IMG/VR virus record: IMGVR_UViG_2541047759_000001
Source of the DNA: a virus
Taxonomy: Duplodnaviria > Heunggongvirae > Uroviricota > Caudoviricetes
DNA length: 64,000 nt
Direction: 5' to 3' (one strand)
The position numbers and the translations under genes are program-made. This document shows, piece by piece, positions 1 to 10,800 of the stretch; the first letter of the stretch is position 1; the number at the start of each line of letters is the position of its first letter. The notes beneath the pieces are model-generated. The model was not told the origin of the DNA, made no database searches, and saw only the letters and a list, made by a program, of their open reading frames with translations.

Positions 1-1105
1 TAACCCATTCCTGACCTCGAGTATCGTTATAGCGATCGGTGGTTGCCTGGACTTTATGTCCTAGTAATGTTTTTGTATCGATACCCTGTGCACGGTACAG
101 CCGTTCTGATAGAGAGCGTTGTTCATGAAATGTTGGCGAAGTTTTTCCTGCTGGTGGAATTATCCCAGCCAGATCCCGTGCTTTGGCAAAGTAGTCGCTC
201 AGGTTGTCTTTACTCATCGGCTTCGGTTGTTTCTGGTGCCGACTATGGATTAGATATGGACTTAATATTCTGTCTCGGCACCCATCAATAACTTCTTTTA
301 ACGTTATCCCAATGGCATCACAGCGTAGTGTAAGCGGTAACGCCAGACGCATTCCGGTTTTTCCCTGGGTGATATGCAAGTGTTCGTTCCACACATCTGA
401 AAAACGCATGTGGCAAATGTCATCACGGCGCTGACCAGTAACAATCGCAAGAAGCATTGCGTTACGGATAAAGTGTTTTTCAGGCGTTGCATTGTAAATT
501 TTTTGCCAGTCTTCCATGGTGAGCCTGGCTCTGGTTACTTTAGGGATCGGTTTACGGGTAGCCTCCGGAGGATTCCATCCAGGAGGAACTTCCCCTGCAT
601 GCTGTGCTTCTTTATAAATATCAACCCATAATCCACGATTTACTCTCGCTGTGCTGACCATGTCTTTATCCAGCCACTCATCCAGTATTAATGCAAAGTC
701 TCTTACTTCCAGTTCTTTCAATGGGTGGTTTCCCAGACGGGAAACCAGGTATGCAGCCATTCGAGTTTTTTCTTTGTGAGTTGTAGCTGCAATATCTCCA
801 TTTTTCAGTCGCGTGTCCTGTATTTTCAGATATCGATCAACCCATGCCTTTAATCTGATACCCCGACGTTTTGTTGCTGACGGACTTTCATCAATTTTGC
901 GCATGAAATATTCAGCTTCTGCTGCAGCTATTCGCTGATTGGCTGTGGAAGCGATTTTTTCTGCCTTACCTTTGTCTGTTCCGAGTCCGTGAAATTTTCC
1001 AGTCACAGGATTTTTATACTGGTAGTAAACTCTGCCAGTTCTGCGATCAAACTTTTCGTAAAGACCGGCTACGTCAGTGCTGTTTTTTCGTGGCCTCGGT
1101 GACAT
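1..1105 (-). CDS. int: Tyrosine integrase, lambda Int family (C-terminal few codons beyond window start)
   Basis: Manual minus-strand translation from ATG at 1105: MSPRPRKNSTDVAGLYEKFDRRTGRVYYQYKNPVTGKFHGLG..., with C-terminal HEQRSLSERLY and LGHK..TTDRY catalytic-region motifs; open to position 1. Absent from the ORF track because it lacks a stop in-window. Confidence 0.85.
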   Translation of the reverse strand, partial: MSPRPRKNSTDVAGLYEKFDRRTGRVYYQYKNPVTGKFHGLGTDKGKAEKIASTANQRIAAAEAEYFMRKIDESPSATKRRGIRLKAWVDRYLKIQDTRLKNGDIAATTHKEKTRMAAYLVSRLGNHPLKELEVRDFALILDEWLDKDMVSTARVNRGLWVDIYKEAQHAGEVPPGWNPPEATRKPIPKVTRARLTMEDWQKIYNATPEKHFIRNAMLLAIVTGQRRDDICHMRFSDVWNEHLHITQGKTGMRLALPLTLRCDAIGITLKEVIDGCRDRILSPYLIHSRHQKQPKPMSKDNLSDYFAKARDLAGIIPPAGKTSPTFHEQRSLSERLYRAQGIDTKTLLGHKVQATTDRYNDTRGQEWV

Positions 1106-1352
1106 GAGTTAAAATCTCCTTCAGTGCATCATCATCGCCAGTATGAATTTCCGGCGCAATTCCCGTTTCACCAGGCCCAACAAATACTGCTCGGCGATCT
1201 ATCAGCCAACGCCCACGAATTTTTTGTGGCCTTGGAACGATGTATCCTAGTTTTCCGTATTTCACCAGGGTAGTGTTTGTTATTGGGAGACTGAACCGTT
1301 TTGGTTTCCACTCGTCGAGCGTTATCAGGTACTGTTCGCTCATGGCTATCAC
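1074..1352 (-). CDS. xis: Putative excisionase (position-based call)
   Basis: 92-aa ORF immediately upstream of int, overlapping its start by ~30 nt as lambda xis/int do; no strong sequence signature recognised. Confidence 0.5.
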   Translation of the reverse strand: MIAMSEQYLITLDEWKPKRFSLPITNTTLVKYGKLGYIVPRPQKIRGRWLIDRRAVFVGPGETGIAPEIHTGDDDALKEILTHVTEATKKQH

Positions 1353-1404
1353 TCCGGAACGCGCCAGTTGCAGAATATCAACGACAACTGGCGACGGTTG
1401 AACA

Positions 1405-3846
1405 TTAAAAATCAGCCTGACTCGGGATCAGTTTTTGCCAGATAACTGAAACGTATTTTGCCTGGTAACGGGCGTCATCAAGTGCATTATGGCGCTCACC
1501 TTCGAATGGAATAGCCGTTCTGGCATCGAAGTCTATGGCTTTCCCCAGCTCAACGATTGTGCGTACATCGCGATCGTTGTAGTAACGCCACGGGCAGGGG
1601 ATCCCCTGCCGTTCGTATGAACGGCGCAAAATCGTGTTGTCGAAGTTGGCTCCATTTCCCCAGACCTGAACAAAAAATTCACCGGAGTTTTCGTCGATAA
1701 ATTCCCGCAATTGTAACAGTGCATCATCTAACGGGATTTCATCGGTCATAATGGCAGATTGCGCTTCGCGTGATTGCTTAAGCCACCATTTAATGGTGTC
1801 CCGATCAATGACTCCGCCAGCAGTTTCCAGATCGATAGTCTTACTAAATTCCGGTCCCATATCTCCGGTTTGCGGATCGAAAAATATTGCACCTATTGAG
1901 ATGATCGGGGCATCAGGATTTTTTCCCATGGTTTCAAGGTCGATCATTAGATGGTCACACGTCCTGCTGGTGGATGTGATTTCTTGATGACCGTTCACCT
2001 TAATTGAGTGATCTGCCGTCTCGCCAGTTTCATTATCGCTATCGTGATGCTGATTGCCGCCAGTGTTCTCCTTGTGTGGATGTTCAGCGCCTTCCATTTC
2101 CTCCGGATCATCTTCCTGAACTTCAACCTGATACTCTTCATCGAATGTTTCCTGGTATGTTGCGTCGCCCATCACCGCGCCACAATCAGGGCAGTTGCCG
2201 CCGCCGGTCTGACCGCAGGCGGTGCAGACTTTTTCCACTTCCTGTTGCGCCACTGGTTCGGATTGTTTCGTTTCTGGCTCGTTTTGTAACGCATTTGGGC
2301 TGTTTTGTTCCGCTTTTTGGTCGTTCCGTTCCGATTCATGCTGGTTCTGGTTCACAGAATCGCGAGTCTGGATCCCTTTGACCCATTTCGGATCATTAGG
2401 GTCGCTAATCCCCTCAACAAATTCACCACGCGATACAGCAAGTAACTTATCGGCGTCAGGCTGGCTGATATTGGCTGCCTGCATAATTTTGTTTACTTCG
2501 TCAGCGGTGACTTTTACTTGGTTAGCGGAACTCACCTGCGACTGAGCATCCAGCGACTGCGCGTTCTGGCCATGTTCAGTTGTATCCGGTTCCATTGTTT
2601 CAGTTGTTGCCTGTTCACCTGCCATTGCGTCAGATGGTTGTGGTTTTTCTTCTTCTGTTTCACGCTCAGTAACCACCTCGCGGTTAATTTCTTCCAGGAT
2701 ATCTTTTTCCGGCGTATGCCGGGCAGCTGTGAGAGTTTCCTTGCTGGGGTTCTCGTGATCAGTTTCCGTCAAATAGGCGTTGATATACCCCTGAAGGCGT
2801 CCCGGGTAGTGATAAAATTCAGGGTGTGCGCTTCGGATAAGTGCAAAAATAGCGGCGCGGGAATAGTCCAGAATACCCGGGGTTGCACGAAGTGCTGCGG
2901 ACCATTCTTTGAACGGACTTTCTTTGTTCAGGACTACTTCTTTTGCGCGACGATAAACGCTGCCCGGAATTTCATAAATATTAAAATCCATCGGAAGTGT
3001 GGCTGCTGCAATCTCCACATCCAGTGTGTCGAGGGTGTGTACTAAATTCGGATTGCGATCGGTTTTGTTCCCACCGCCAGCATTAGCACCGGAAGCCGTG
3101 CGGGTGATGCGTGAAACACGATTTCCTTTCATCCACTCTTTTGTCAGCAAACCCCGATCAGTGTAGTCAGCGTCTAGGTATGCTTCGAAAAAAGCAGTTA
3201 TTAGTCCCAGGTCTGAATTACCAGGATTAGGGAAAACTTTGTCAGTGTCACGAACCAGTTTGTGGAGGTCGCGAATCTCCAGCGAGTCGAGCAGACTGGT
3301 TTTATGCGAAATAGCCAGGGCAGTAACAGCCGGTAGTTCTTCAGCCCGTGCAATGTGTAATGCCTGGAGTTCGTCGCGTGAAACGTGCGTTACTGGTTTT
3401 TCGCTGCCGTGTTGAGCAAGCCAACGAATGGGCAGTTCCTGACCGGAGACAGGCAGAAGCATGCTCTCCTCAATCTCAGTCATGGCTTCGCCGTTGATGT
3501 TGGTATTGTCAGTGCTGGCTGGTTTGTCCTGAACAGAGGGGGAAGGGCCGATAAATGTCATTGTGATGCCATCTTTCCCGCCTTTTTCATAGCGATTGCA
3601 GAATTCAGTATCAAACACGCCTTCTGGCGGAAGGTCGTCAACAACGGGCAAATTGACGCGGACGGGTTTTTTAAAGTCGTCTTCATCATAATCGTTGTCA
3701 TCCATTGCGGTAATGCAGCGGGAGATTGCAACAGATAATTTTTTTGCTGTAGTCCAGTAAAAACCACCTTTAATTCCTAGGCGTTTTCTTACTTTGTCAT
3801 TTTTTGCTTCGCAATATAGTGCAAATTCTTCTTTATCAGTGCTCAT
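1405..3846 (-). CDS. Prophage exonuclease, 813 aa, C-terminal DnaQ-like DEDDh 3'-5' exonuclease domain
   Basis: C-terminal motifs DLETMG, NGANFD and [11 protein letters not shown] match Exo I/II/III of DEDDh exonucleases; N-terminal half is acidic and low-complexity with a CxxC..CxxC ribbon. Confidence 0.7.
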   Translation of the reverse strand: MSTDKEEFALYCEAKNDKVRKRLGIKGGFYWTTAKKLSVAISRCITAMDDNDYDEDDFKKPVRVNLPVVDDLPPEGVFDTEFCNRYEKGGKDGITMTFIGPSPSVQDKPASTDNTNINGEAMTEIEESMLLPVSGQELPIRWLAQHGSEKPVTHVSRDELQALHIARAEELPAVTALAISHKTSLLDSLEIRDLHKLVRDTDKVFPNPGNSDLGLITAFFEAYLDADYTDRGLLTKEWMKGNRVSRITRTASGANAGGGNKTDRNPNLVHTLDTLDVEIAAATLPMDFNIYEIPGSVYRRAKEVVLNKESPFKEWSAALRATPGILDYSRAAIFALIRSAHPEFYHYPGRLQGYINAYLTETDHENPSKETLTAARHTPEKDILEEINREVVTERETEEEKPQPSDAMAGEQATTETMEPDTTEHGQNAQSLDAQSQVSSANQVKVTADEVNKIMQAANISQPDADKLLAVSRGEFVEGISDPNDPKWVKGIQTRDSVNQNQHESERNDQKAEQNSPNALQNEPETKQSEPVAQQEVEKVCTACGQTGGGNCPDCGAVMGDATYQETFDEEYQVEVQEDDPEEMEGAEHPHKENTGGNQHHDSDNETGETADHSIKVNGHQEITSTSRTCDHLMIDLETMGKNPDAPIISIGAIFFDPQTGDMGPEFSKTIDLETAGGVIDRDTIKWWLKQSREAQSAIMTDEIPLDDALLQLREFIDENSGEFFVQVWGNGANFDNTILRRSYERQGIPCPWRYYNDRDVRTIVELGKAIDFDARTAIPFEGERHNALDDARYQAKYVSVIWQKLIPSQADF

Positions 3847-3939
3847 TATTGGTAAACCTCATCACAGATTTAAGGGTGAACAAATCTCTGCCATTGCTGA
3901 CATATAAGAATGAAACTGGATATTTATTACGGTGCTGTT

Positions 3940-4131
3940 TTAAAATCCTGCCGGGATTTCGTTATTATCCTGGTGAATAACTTTATCGACCGGATAACAG
4001 TTGCCTGGAATTTTCTGTTCGGTTGCTGCTGCCATACATTCCTGCATTGTTCTGTGAACACTGACTGCAATATCAACTGACTCTCCGGAAACAAGAAAAA
4101 CCGTCAGAATAAGTGCAAATACTGGATTCAT
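3940..4131 (-). CDS. Small secreted protein (hypothetical)
   Basis: Internal Met start gives MNPVFALILTVFLVSG... with a signal-peptide-like N-terminus. Confidence 0.3.
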   Translation of the reverse strand: MNPVFALILTVFLVSGESVDIAVSVHRTMQECMAAATEQKIPGNCYPVDKVIHQDNNEIPAGF

Positions 4132-4884
4132 TGTGCACATCCTTTTGGCATCAGACGTAAACGGGCCAGCATTGAAACAATGCATACTTTATTTAATAAC
4201 TCCCGTTCGTGTTTTCTTTTGTTAATGGCATCTTCAGTAAATACAGGATTACTGATAGTGACACCAATTTCAAAACAACCTTCAGACGTATTAACGTTTG
4301 GTAATAACGTTTTCATTATCGCGCCCTCAACAATGAGTTTTGTGATGCGGTGCCTGGTGCCTCCAGGTGACGTTAACCAGTTAACAATTAACGCCGGATA
4401 CAGAGAATCCACCCATAACACTGTTTTTGGTTTTAACTGTTCCGCGTGCGCTTAGCCGCATTCACCGCATCACAAAATTCACTTTAAAAAGGGCGGCAGA
4501 GCAGTCACGGAGTAAAACTGATACCGCCAAACGTCACCAGAAAATTGATAACAGAGGGCGTTGCAGTGGGGTTGTCACTTAAGCGTATGGTCAACCTGAC
4601 AACCCGGTGTCCTCAACGGGGGAAGGAATAACCCCGCCATACTTACCGCCGCGCCATTTCGCGGATTGCCACAACCGGAAGCGCACGGTCGACGAAAATT
4701 TAACGACAGGCTATCTATGAACCAGCTACCTCGCCGTGCGCTTTCGCGTTATGGTCTGACTTTTCAGGGAAATATCCTTTCAGTAAACTGTCAGTGCCGG
4801 ATGCTCACCCGTGTCCGGCGCACGCACTCCACCTCACCCGTGGAGAACTCCTTAATTACCAACCTTAGCTTCGTTGGTTATCTA

Positions 4885-5103
4885 TTAACGCGGGTATGTA
4901 ATCATTCTGGCAATGCTTAATGCCGCTGCTTTTTCCAGCCTGGTGATATCCTGCTCCAGAGCGGACAGATTTTCAGCCTGCTTAGCTCTGGCTTCATTAG
5001 CCCATTTCAGATCCTGCGCTGCATTAATTTTCTGGCGCATCCACTCATAAAGTTCATCATCGGTATAGTCTGGCGCGATGATGACGGGTTCTCGTTTCTG
5101 CAT
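4885..5103 (-). CDS. Hypothetical early-left operon protein
   Basis: 72-aa ORF with RBS-like GAGGAA upstream; a 42-aa acidic ORF lies immediately upstream at ~5104..5232. Confidence 0.35.
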   Translation of the reverse strand: MQKREPVIIAPDYTDDELYEWMRQKINAAQDLKWANEARAKQAENLSALEQDITRLEKAAALSIARMITYPR

Positions 5104-5710
5104 ACTGATTCCTCGCGGTGCTGTTTCGCTTATCAGCCGTTAGATTTTGCCGAACTGGAAAGCGCCTGTTTAAATTCGTTGAAGCTGTGAGCTTCTTCGC
5201 CTTCGGCAAGGCCTTCGAAGTATTCTTCGTAAGCCTTTTCCATGATTGTGTCAAAATCCATATCACTCACCTGAGTTTCTTTCCAGCCAGCGACGGGCAC
5301 CATTTTCGGTTTTAAACGTTTTGCTTTTTGTATACGTCATTGCGGTGAAGGTGCCGTCCTGGTTTGGAAACACGCCGTACACCAGAGATTCGTTGTTGCC
5401 AAGATCGATAGTATCCATGCTGACCTCATTTCCCCTTAACGCCGGGGTAGCGGAACAAAAACCTGCTGCATAGTTATTAAAGTTGAACCCTGCCGTCATG
5501 TTCTTACGCCTCGGGCTGGCTACTTAACCCCTGACCACTGCCTGGTAACTCGAAGTATTGCCCTGCATTCTGTAGGATGGGGTGAGGGAATGAATGAAGT
5601 TTAGAAAAACGAACTTTTCAGGTCAATGTTTTTTTATCAAAACATTTTAAGCAGGCAGCTGTTAAGCCATCACCACGATGGCATACAGTTAATCAAATAG
5701 ATGAGGTTGG

Positions 5711-6349
5711 TTAAATATCTTGTTGAATTTTAAAGCATACGCCCAATATGCAAGATAGATCATCCAGCATAATTGAAGGGTAGCGAGGATTCGTGGGGAC
5801 TAAAAGAATATCCGGCCCTTCTATCTCCAGTTTACGAATGACAGGTGTTGTGGTCCCTTTGGGTAAGGCAAGGACAATATTTCCTGGTTGTACGGTTCGA
5901 TCGGGATCAACAAAAACTGTTGAACCATTTGGGATGGAAACTCCCCCACCAGATGTTGACATACTGTCACTCTCTAGAACAACTGCAAAGGTATTGACCG
6001 GGATTTCTCCGACAAGCTGCACACAAGAGGTTATTGAGGAATTTTTCATATAATCACTCCAGCTTGCTGCCTGCTGAAGTGATAGTAGCGGAACCGTTTT
6101 TATCGGCGGTAAAGATAGATCAAGCGAATCACCTGTATTTAACTCTCCTCCATTAAGAAGCCAATTTTCGTTTACTTTCAATATTTTTGCCAGTGAACTT
6201 ATGTAACGCGAGGACGGCGCTCCTCCACCGTTCATCCATTGACTTACGGAGCCTTTTGATGCGCCAGTGCCATTGACAAGGTCTTTGCCTTTCAGGTTTA
6301 GCGCATGCATACGTTGGGTTATGCGTTCAGATATAGTTTGCTTGCTCAT
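5711..6349 (-). CDS. cI: CI-type repressor (HTH N-domain plus S24/LexA-like peptidase C-domain)
   Basis: 212 aa; N-terminal HTH (GTGASKGSVSQWMNG), C-terminal DSMS..K autocleavage-like region; divergent from the cro-like gene. Confidence 0.85.
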   Translation of the reverse strand: MSKQTISERITQRMHALNLKGKDLVNGTGASKGSVSQWMNGGGAPSSRYISSLAKILKVNENWLLNGGELNTGDSLDLSLPPIKTVPLLSLQQAASWSDYMKNSSITSCVQLVGEIPVNTFAVVLESDSMSTSGGGVSIPNGSTVFVDPDRTVQPGNIVLALPKGTTTPVIRKLEIEGPDILLVPTNPRYPSIMLDDLSCILGVCFKIQQDI

Positions 6350-6440
6350 GTTTTGATTTTAAAACACAGATGGTTTTGTTTCTTGACTTTCTTTGGTTTT
6401 GATTATTAAACTTTTGACGTTCAGTTTTATGGAGCGACTC

Positions 6441-6683
6441 ATGAAAAAATCAGAAGTATTAGGCTATTTTGGCGGAGTTGTTAAAACAGCCGCAGCTCTA
6501 GGAACGTCAAAAACCACAGTCAGCATGTGGGGGGAAGAGGTTCCGTGGAAATGGGCGTTGCTAATTCAGGCAGTCACTGCCGGGGCGCTCAAATATGAGT
6601 TACACATACCGACGGTTGTCATTCCCGGTTCTGATCATAATCCGCCTTCTAACCAAGGGGGGATTCATGAAAATCAAGCATGA
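6441..6683 (+). CDS. cro: Cro/YdaS-like HTH regulator
   Basis: Small ORF with GGAG RBS, divergent from cI across a ~90-bp AT-rich operator region; MKKSEVLGYFGGVVKTAAALGTSKTTVSMW. Confidence 0.6.
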   Translation: MKKSEVLGYFGGVVKTAAALGTSKTTVSMWGEEVPWKWALLIQAVTAGALKYELHIPTVVIPGSDHNPPSNQGGIHENQA

Positions 6684-7092
6684 ACACATCCGCATGGCGA
6701 TGAATGCCTGGGCGCATCCGGACGGCGAAAAAGTACCGGCTGCGAAAATTACCAAAGCGTATTTCGAGCTGGGAATGACGTTCCCGGAACTGTATGACGA
6801 CAGCCATCCGGAAGCCCTGGCTCGCAATACCCAGAAAATTTTCCGCTGGGTAGAGAAAGACACCCCTGATGCAGTTGAAAAAATTCAGGCGTTGTTACCA
6901 GCGATCGAAAAGGCAATGCCACCTTTGCTGGTGGCCAGAATGCGCAGCCACAGTTCAGCTTATTTTCGGGAGCTGGTGGAGACGCGGGAGCGACTGGTGA
7001 GAGACGCTGATGATTTTGTCGCAGTGGCAATCGCCGGTTTCAATCAGATGAACCGTGGTGGCCCGGCAGGAAATGCTGTGGCAGTACATTGA
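6667..7092 (+). CDS. YdaT/CII-like regulatory protein
   Basis: MKIKHEHI... with ...KIQALLPAIEKAMPP..RSH.SAYFREL...RERLVRDADDF...GGPAGNAVAVH, recalled as the Rac YdaT family. Confidence 0.55.
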   Translation: MKIKHEHIRMAMNAWAHPDGEKVPAAKITKAYFELGMTFPELYDDSHPEALARNTQKIFRWVEKDTPDAVEKIQALLPAIEKAMPPLLVARMRSHSSAYFRELVETRERLVRDADDFVAVAIAGFNQMNRGGPAGNAVAVH

Positions 7093-7157
7093 CTGACAAT
7101 AGCCATATCGAATCGCTTCCGGCAACTCGTGAGTAAAAAGATTCGGTATCAGAAGAG

Positions 7158-8234
7158 GTGAGTATGGCTAACGCCTGGCTCAGATTATGGCATGACATGC
7201 CAAATGACCCTAAGTGGCGAACAATTGCCAGGGTGTCAGGGCAGCCAATTGCAACAGTGATGGCAGTGTATATCCACCTCCTGGTGAGCGCGTCACGAAA
7301 TGTCACGCGAGGTCACATTGATGTCACGACAGAAGATTTGGCAAGTGCGCTCGACGTGACAGAAGAGGTAATTGATTCAATTTTGCAGACGATGCAGGGG
7401 CGGGTACTTGATGGTGATTTAATCACTGGATGGGAAAAACGCCAGGTGCTGAAAGAGGACAACGGCAATATTTCGCAAACCGCAAAATCTCCGGCAGAGC
7501 GCAAGAGGGCGCAGCGAGAGAGGGAAAGAAAGCGGGAACAAAATGGCGATTGTCACGGCGAGTCACGAAATGTCACGCACATGTCACGACGAGTCACGAC
7601 AGATAAAGATACAGATAAAGATACAGATCAAGAAGATCAAAACACTATGGTCCATGGCGTAAAAAACGCCACGAACCAGGCAGGGGATGTTCAGACCGTC
7701 ACTCCTGGCCAGCCCGCAGGCACGACACCGGAAGCCGATTCAGCGTATGCGCTGAAAGCCGATTCGGGCGCTGTGCAGCAGGTGATGACCGCAAGGCAGG
7801 AGCAATCACACCAACTTCAGCAGCCTGAAGCCGATTCCGCCATTCAGCGGGAAGCCGATCGGGTAGTCCCGGAAAACACCGGGCAGCCTGTGGGACGAGT
7901 GGATTATCCTGATGTGTTCGAACAGGTCTGGCGGGAATACCCGTTGCGTGCCGGGGCAAACCCGAAGAAATCCGCTTTCAGTGCCTGGAAAGCCAGATTA
8001 CGCGAGGGGGTGCCACCAGAGGCCATGCTGGATGGCGTGAGGCGTTACGCAAGATACCTTGCGGCTACCGGGAAAACGGGAACGGAATTTGTTCAGCGAG
8101 CGACGACGTTTTTTGGACCGGACCGGAATTTTGAAAACCCCTGGCTGCTCCCGGTAAGCGGCACGAACAACCAGCGTTGTGTGAATCATATTTCTGAACC
8201 GGATAACGAAATTCCGCCGGGCTTCAGGGGGTAA
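7158..8234 (+). CDS. Replication initiation protein (O-like) with origin iterons inside its coding sequence
   Basis: 358 aa; N-terminal WLRLWHDMPNDPKWRTIAR; iteron clusters of GTCACG within the gene. Confidence 0.6.
   Translation: MSMANAWLRLWHDMPNDPKWRTIARVSGQPIATVMAVYIHLLVSASRNVTRGHIDVTTEDLASALDVTEEVIDSILQTMQGRVLDGDLITGWEKRQVLKEDNGNISQTAKSPAERKRAQRERERKREQNGDCHGESRNVTHMSRRVTTDKDTDKDTDQEDQNTMVHGVKNATNQAGDVQTVTPGQPAGTTPEADSAYALKADSGAVQQVMTARQEQSHQLQQPEADSAIQREADRVVPENTGQPVGRVDYPDVFEQVWREYPLRAGANPKKSAFSAWKARLREGVPPEAMLDGVRRYARYLAATGKTGTEFVQRATTFFGPDRNFENPWLLPVSGTNNQRCVNHISEPDNEIPPGFRG
7290..7640. repeat. Prophage replication origin: two GTCACG iteron clusters plus GATAAAGATACAGAT tandem repeat
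   Basis: cgtcacgaaatgtcacgcgaggtcacattgatgtcacgac at ~7291-7330 and gtcacgaaatgtcacgcacatgtcacgacgagtcacgac at ~7561-7600, then gataaagatacagataaagatacagat. Confidence 0.55.
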
Positions 8235-8274
8235 GTGTTAATTTCTGGTCATGAGGTAATTTTCAGGAGGGCTT

Positions 8275-8697
8275 GTGGCAAAAGTTTTTACACAAGAAGA
8301 GCGGGAAAAAATTAAAGGACAGGTTCTTGAACTCGTACGCCAGAGTGGGCGCGAGACGTTACGACAACTGGAAGCTAAAACTGGGGCAACAAGATATCTG
8401 ATGAGCGTTCTGGCCAGAGAGCTGGTTGCCAGTGGCGATGTATACAATTCTGGCTACGGGTTATTCCCGTCTGAACAGGCTCGTAAAGACTGGCAAAATG
8501 CCCGCAAAAAATTATCGAGGGCAAAGCTGAAGAAACCGGTTGTGGTTGATCCGGACCTTATCTGGTCGTTACCTGACGGAGAAATACGTCGCTACGACAG
8601 TCGCCTAAACATAATCTGTCGCGAGTGCCGGAAGAGTGAAGCTATGCAGCGTGTACTGGCTTTCTATCAGGGTAATTTTCAGGAGGCGGTACTGTGA
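8275..8697 (+). CDS. Hypothetical protein (replication-region)
   Basis: 140-aa ORF following the initiator; no signature recognised. Confidence 0.45.
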   Translation: MAKVFTQEEREKIKGQVLELVRQSGRETLRQLEAKTGATRYLMSVLARELVASGDVYNSGYGLFPSEQARKDWQNARKKLSRAKLKKPVVVDPDLIWSLPDGEIRRYDSRLNIICRECRKSEAMQRVLAFYQGNFQEAVL

Positions 8698-8754
8698 GTG
8701 AAATTAGCTATCAGGCTTCAATTACCGCTGGCATTCGCATCAAAGGAGAGGAGC

Positions 8755-9111
8755 ATGGAAATAAAACCAGAGGATGAGTTAAGCAATATCGTTTTATTTC
8801 CGGTAAAAGAGGATGACCCTCGTAATCAGGTTAATTTTCTTTATGAGCCATCGGAAAGACCATATTGTCATCACGCCTCTGTCCGGGTTGACGAAAAAGA
8901 GCGTCAGGTCCGCTGTAAAATCTGCGGTGCAGTTGTGGAGCCATTTGACTGGATGCTCTCTGTGGCGAAAAGAGAAAGCAGACTGGCAGATGATGTAAGG
9001 CTCTTGCGTCAGGAGGAGCGGGAAAGGCGAAAAAATATAGAAAAGCTAATTCAGATTGAGCGTAACGCGAAAGCGCGGATACGCAGGGCGACAAAATCCA
9101 GAACTGAATAA
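8755..9111 (+). CDS. Hypothetical protein with CxxC zinc-ribbon-like motif
   Basis: ATG at 8755 preceded by AGGAGAGGAG; contains CHH...CKICG. Alternative GTG start at 8698. Confidence 0.45.
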   Translation: MEIKPEDELSNIVLFPVKEDDPRNQVNFLYEPSERPYCHHASVRVDEKERQVRCKICGAVVEPFDWMLSVAKRESRLADDVRLLRQEERERRKNIEKLIQIERNAKARIRRATKSRTE

Positions 9112-9204
9112 TTAAATTTAGCTCTGTTAAAAATTTAATCCTTAACCGGAGGGATTTCTGCACCCTCAGAACATCAGGAGGCCGCCCGAAAGGGCGGTAG
9201 TTAA

Positions 9205-9387
9205 ATGCGAAAGTTTAAAATAATTATTGAAACGGGAATAGCCGGTGGAGATTTCGAGGATGAATTCGAAGTGGATGATGATGCGACGCCTGATGAAATA
9301 CATGACGAAGCAAAAGATATTTTCTTTAACTACTGCAATTACTCATATCACGAAATAAAAGACAAAGAGGAAGAACAAAATGGCTGA
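9205..9387 (+). CDS. Small acidic hypothetical protein (nin-region)
   Basis: 60-aa ORF, strongly acidic. Confidence 0.3.
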   Translation: MRKFKIIIETGIAGGDFEDEFEVDDDATPDEIHDEAKDIFFNYCNYSYHEIKDKEEEQNG

Positions 9388-9552
9388 TTTTGGTTCAACT
9401 AAATACAACGTCAGTTTTGAAGAATGGCATGAACTGTTAATGGACTATGCAGAGTTACGTGGTGGCAGTGCTGCTGATGCTGAAGCATGGCGTGATGATT
9501 ATGAAGCAGGAAAAACTCCGGTCGAAGCATATTGTGATGAGTGGGGCGATGA

Positions 9553-9810
9553 ATGAGCGAGGTTAATTATCAGGAAGGGCATGAAACGGCGGGGCAAGCA
9601 AAAACAGTGGCATGGCGATATCGCTACGTGAAAAAAAAGGCGTTACGGACTTTCAGGGGAAGTAGTGGTCTGGTGACTGGAAATATGTACCGAAAAAAGA
9701 GGATTGTAACGACAGGCCGAACTATGAAATTCAGGCCTTATTCACTGCCTCGCCAGTCCCGGTTACATCAGAAGAACTGGTTAAAGCTGTGCACTTTTAT
9801 GAACAACTAA
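9553..9810 (+). CDS. Hypothetical protein (nin-region)
   Basis: 85-aa basic ORF. Confidence 0.3.
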   Translation: MSEVNYQEGHETAGQAKTVAWRYRYVKKKALRTFRGSSGLVTGNMYRKKRIVTTGRTMKFRPYSLPRQSRLHQKNWLKLCTFMNN

Positions 9811-10039
9811 AACGCGAAAATCCACCAGCATCCGGAAACCTGATTACAGATTCCCAGATAAGGCAATGAGCTACCTGGCGCAGAACGGGCTGATAAGTAT
9901 GGGGAATGTTTTACGATGAATATTTAGACTAAAGAGTTTGTAACGCTATGTAAGTGATTTTTTCTGGTTTAGATATTTATATGTCCGGCCAAACTGAGGT
10001 GTGTTTAAATGTAATTGCACATTGATTGTAGGAGGAATA

Positions 10040-10219
10040 ATGAAAAACGCATTGCAGTTTTTGTTTGTTGCGTTCTGGTTGTTCGTATCATGTATGCCCA
10101 TCATCTTCACAGCAAGGTATATGGAAAAAGTTGATGTTTTGATATTAATATTTGGATATATAAATGCCCTTTTTTTAGGGGTGTTCATGGCGGTCATGTG
10201 CATTGAATACTGGCGGTAA
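10040..10219 (+). CDS. Small membrane protein (moron)
   Basis: ATG at 10040 with GGAGG RBS; hydrophobic 59 aa; AT-rich surroundings. Confidence 0.45.
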   Translation: MKNALQFLFVAFWLFVSCMPIIFTARYMEKVDVLILIFGYINALFLGVFMAVMCIEYWR

Positions 10220-10498
10220 ATACAGCGAACGCCATTGGTTTAGTTGGATATTTACTGTGCCGGACAAAAACGGTTTGCGGGGAAATCTTAGTTAAGTAGA
10301 ATGACTGCGGGTGCTTGAGGCTATCTGTCTCAGGCATGAACACCAAAAGGCAGATAGAGAAAAGCCCCAGTTAACATTACGCGTCCTGCAAGACGCTTAA
10401 CATTAATCTGAGGCCATATCTATGCGACACATAGAGATTAGCCTCTTACGGACCGAAAGGTCAAGGAGAAGCAGGCTATGAAGCAGCAAAAGGCGATG

Positions 10499-10654
10499 TT
10501 AATCGCCCTGATCGTCATCTGTTTAACCGTCATAGTGACGGCACTGGTAACGAGGAAAGACCTCTGCGAGGTACGAATCCGAACCGGCCAGACGGAGGTC
10601 GCTGTCTTCACAGCTTACGAACCTGAGGAGTAAGAGACCTGGCGGGGGAGAAAT
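10499..10654 (+). CDS. hok: Hok/Gef-family type I toxin (51 aa)
   Basis: MKQQKAMLIALIVICLTVIVTALVTRKDLCEVRIRTGQTEVAVFTAYEPEE: TM helix plus conserved C..R..G..EV.AF.AYE tail; terminator-like cccgcttcggcggg + T-run downstream. Not in the ORF track (<60 aa). Confidence 0.75.
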
Positions 10655-10800
10655 CCCTCGCCACCTCTGATGTGTCAGGCATCCTCAACGCACCCGCACT
10701 TAACCCGCTTCGGCGGGTTTTGTTTTTTCCTGGCATTCTGGTTTACAATTCGCACGTCAGCCTGAACACCTGACACCTGCTGCGCCAGCAGAGAAAACAG

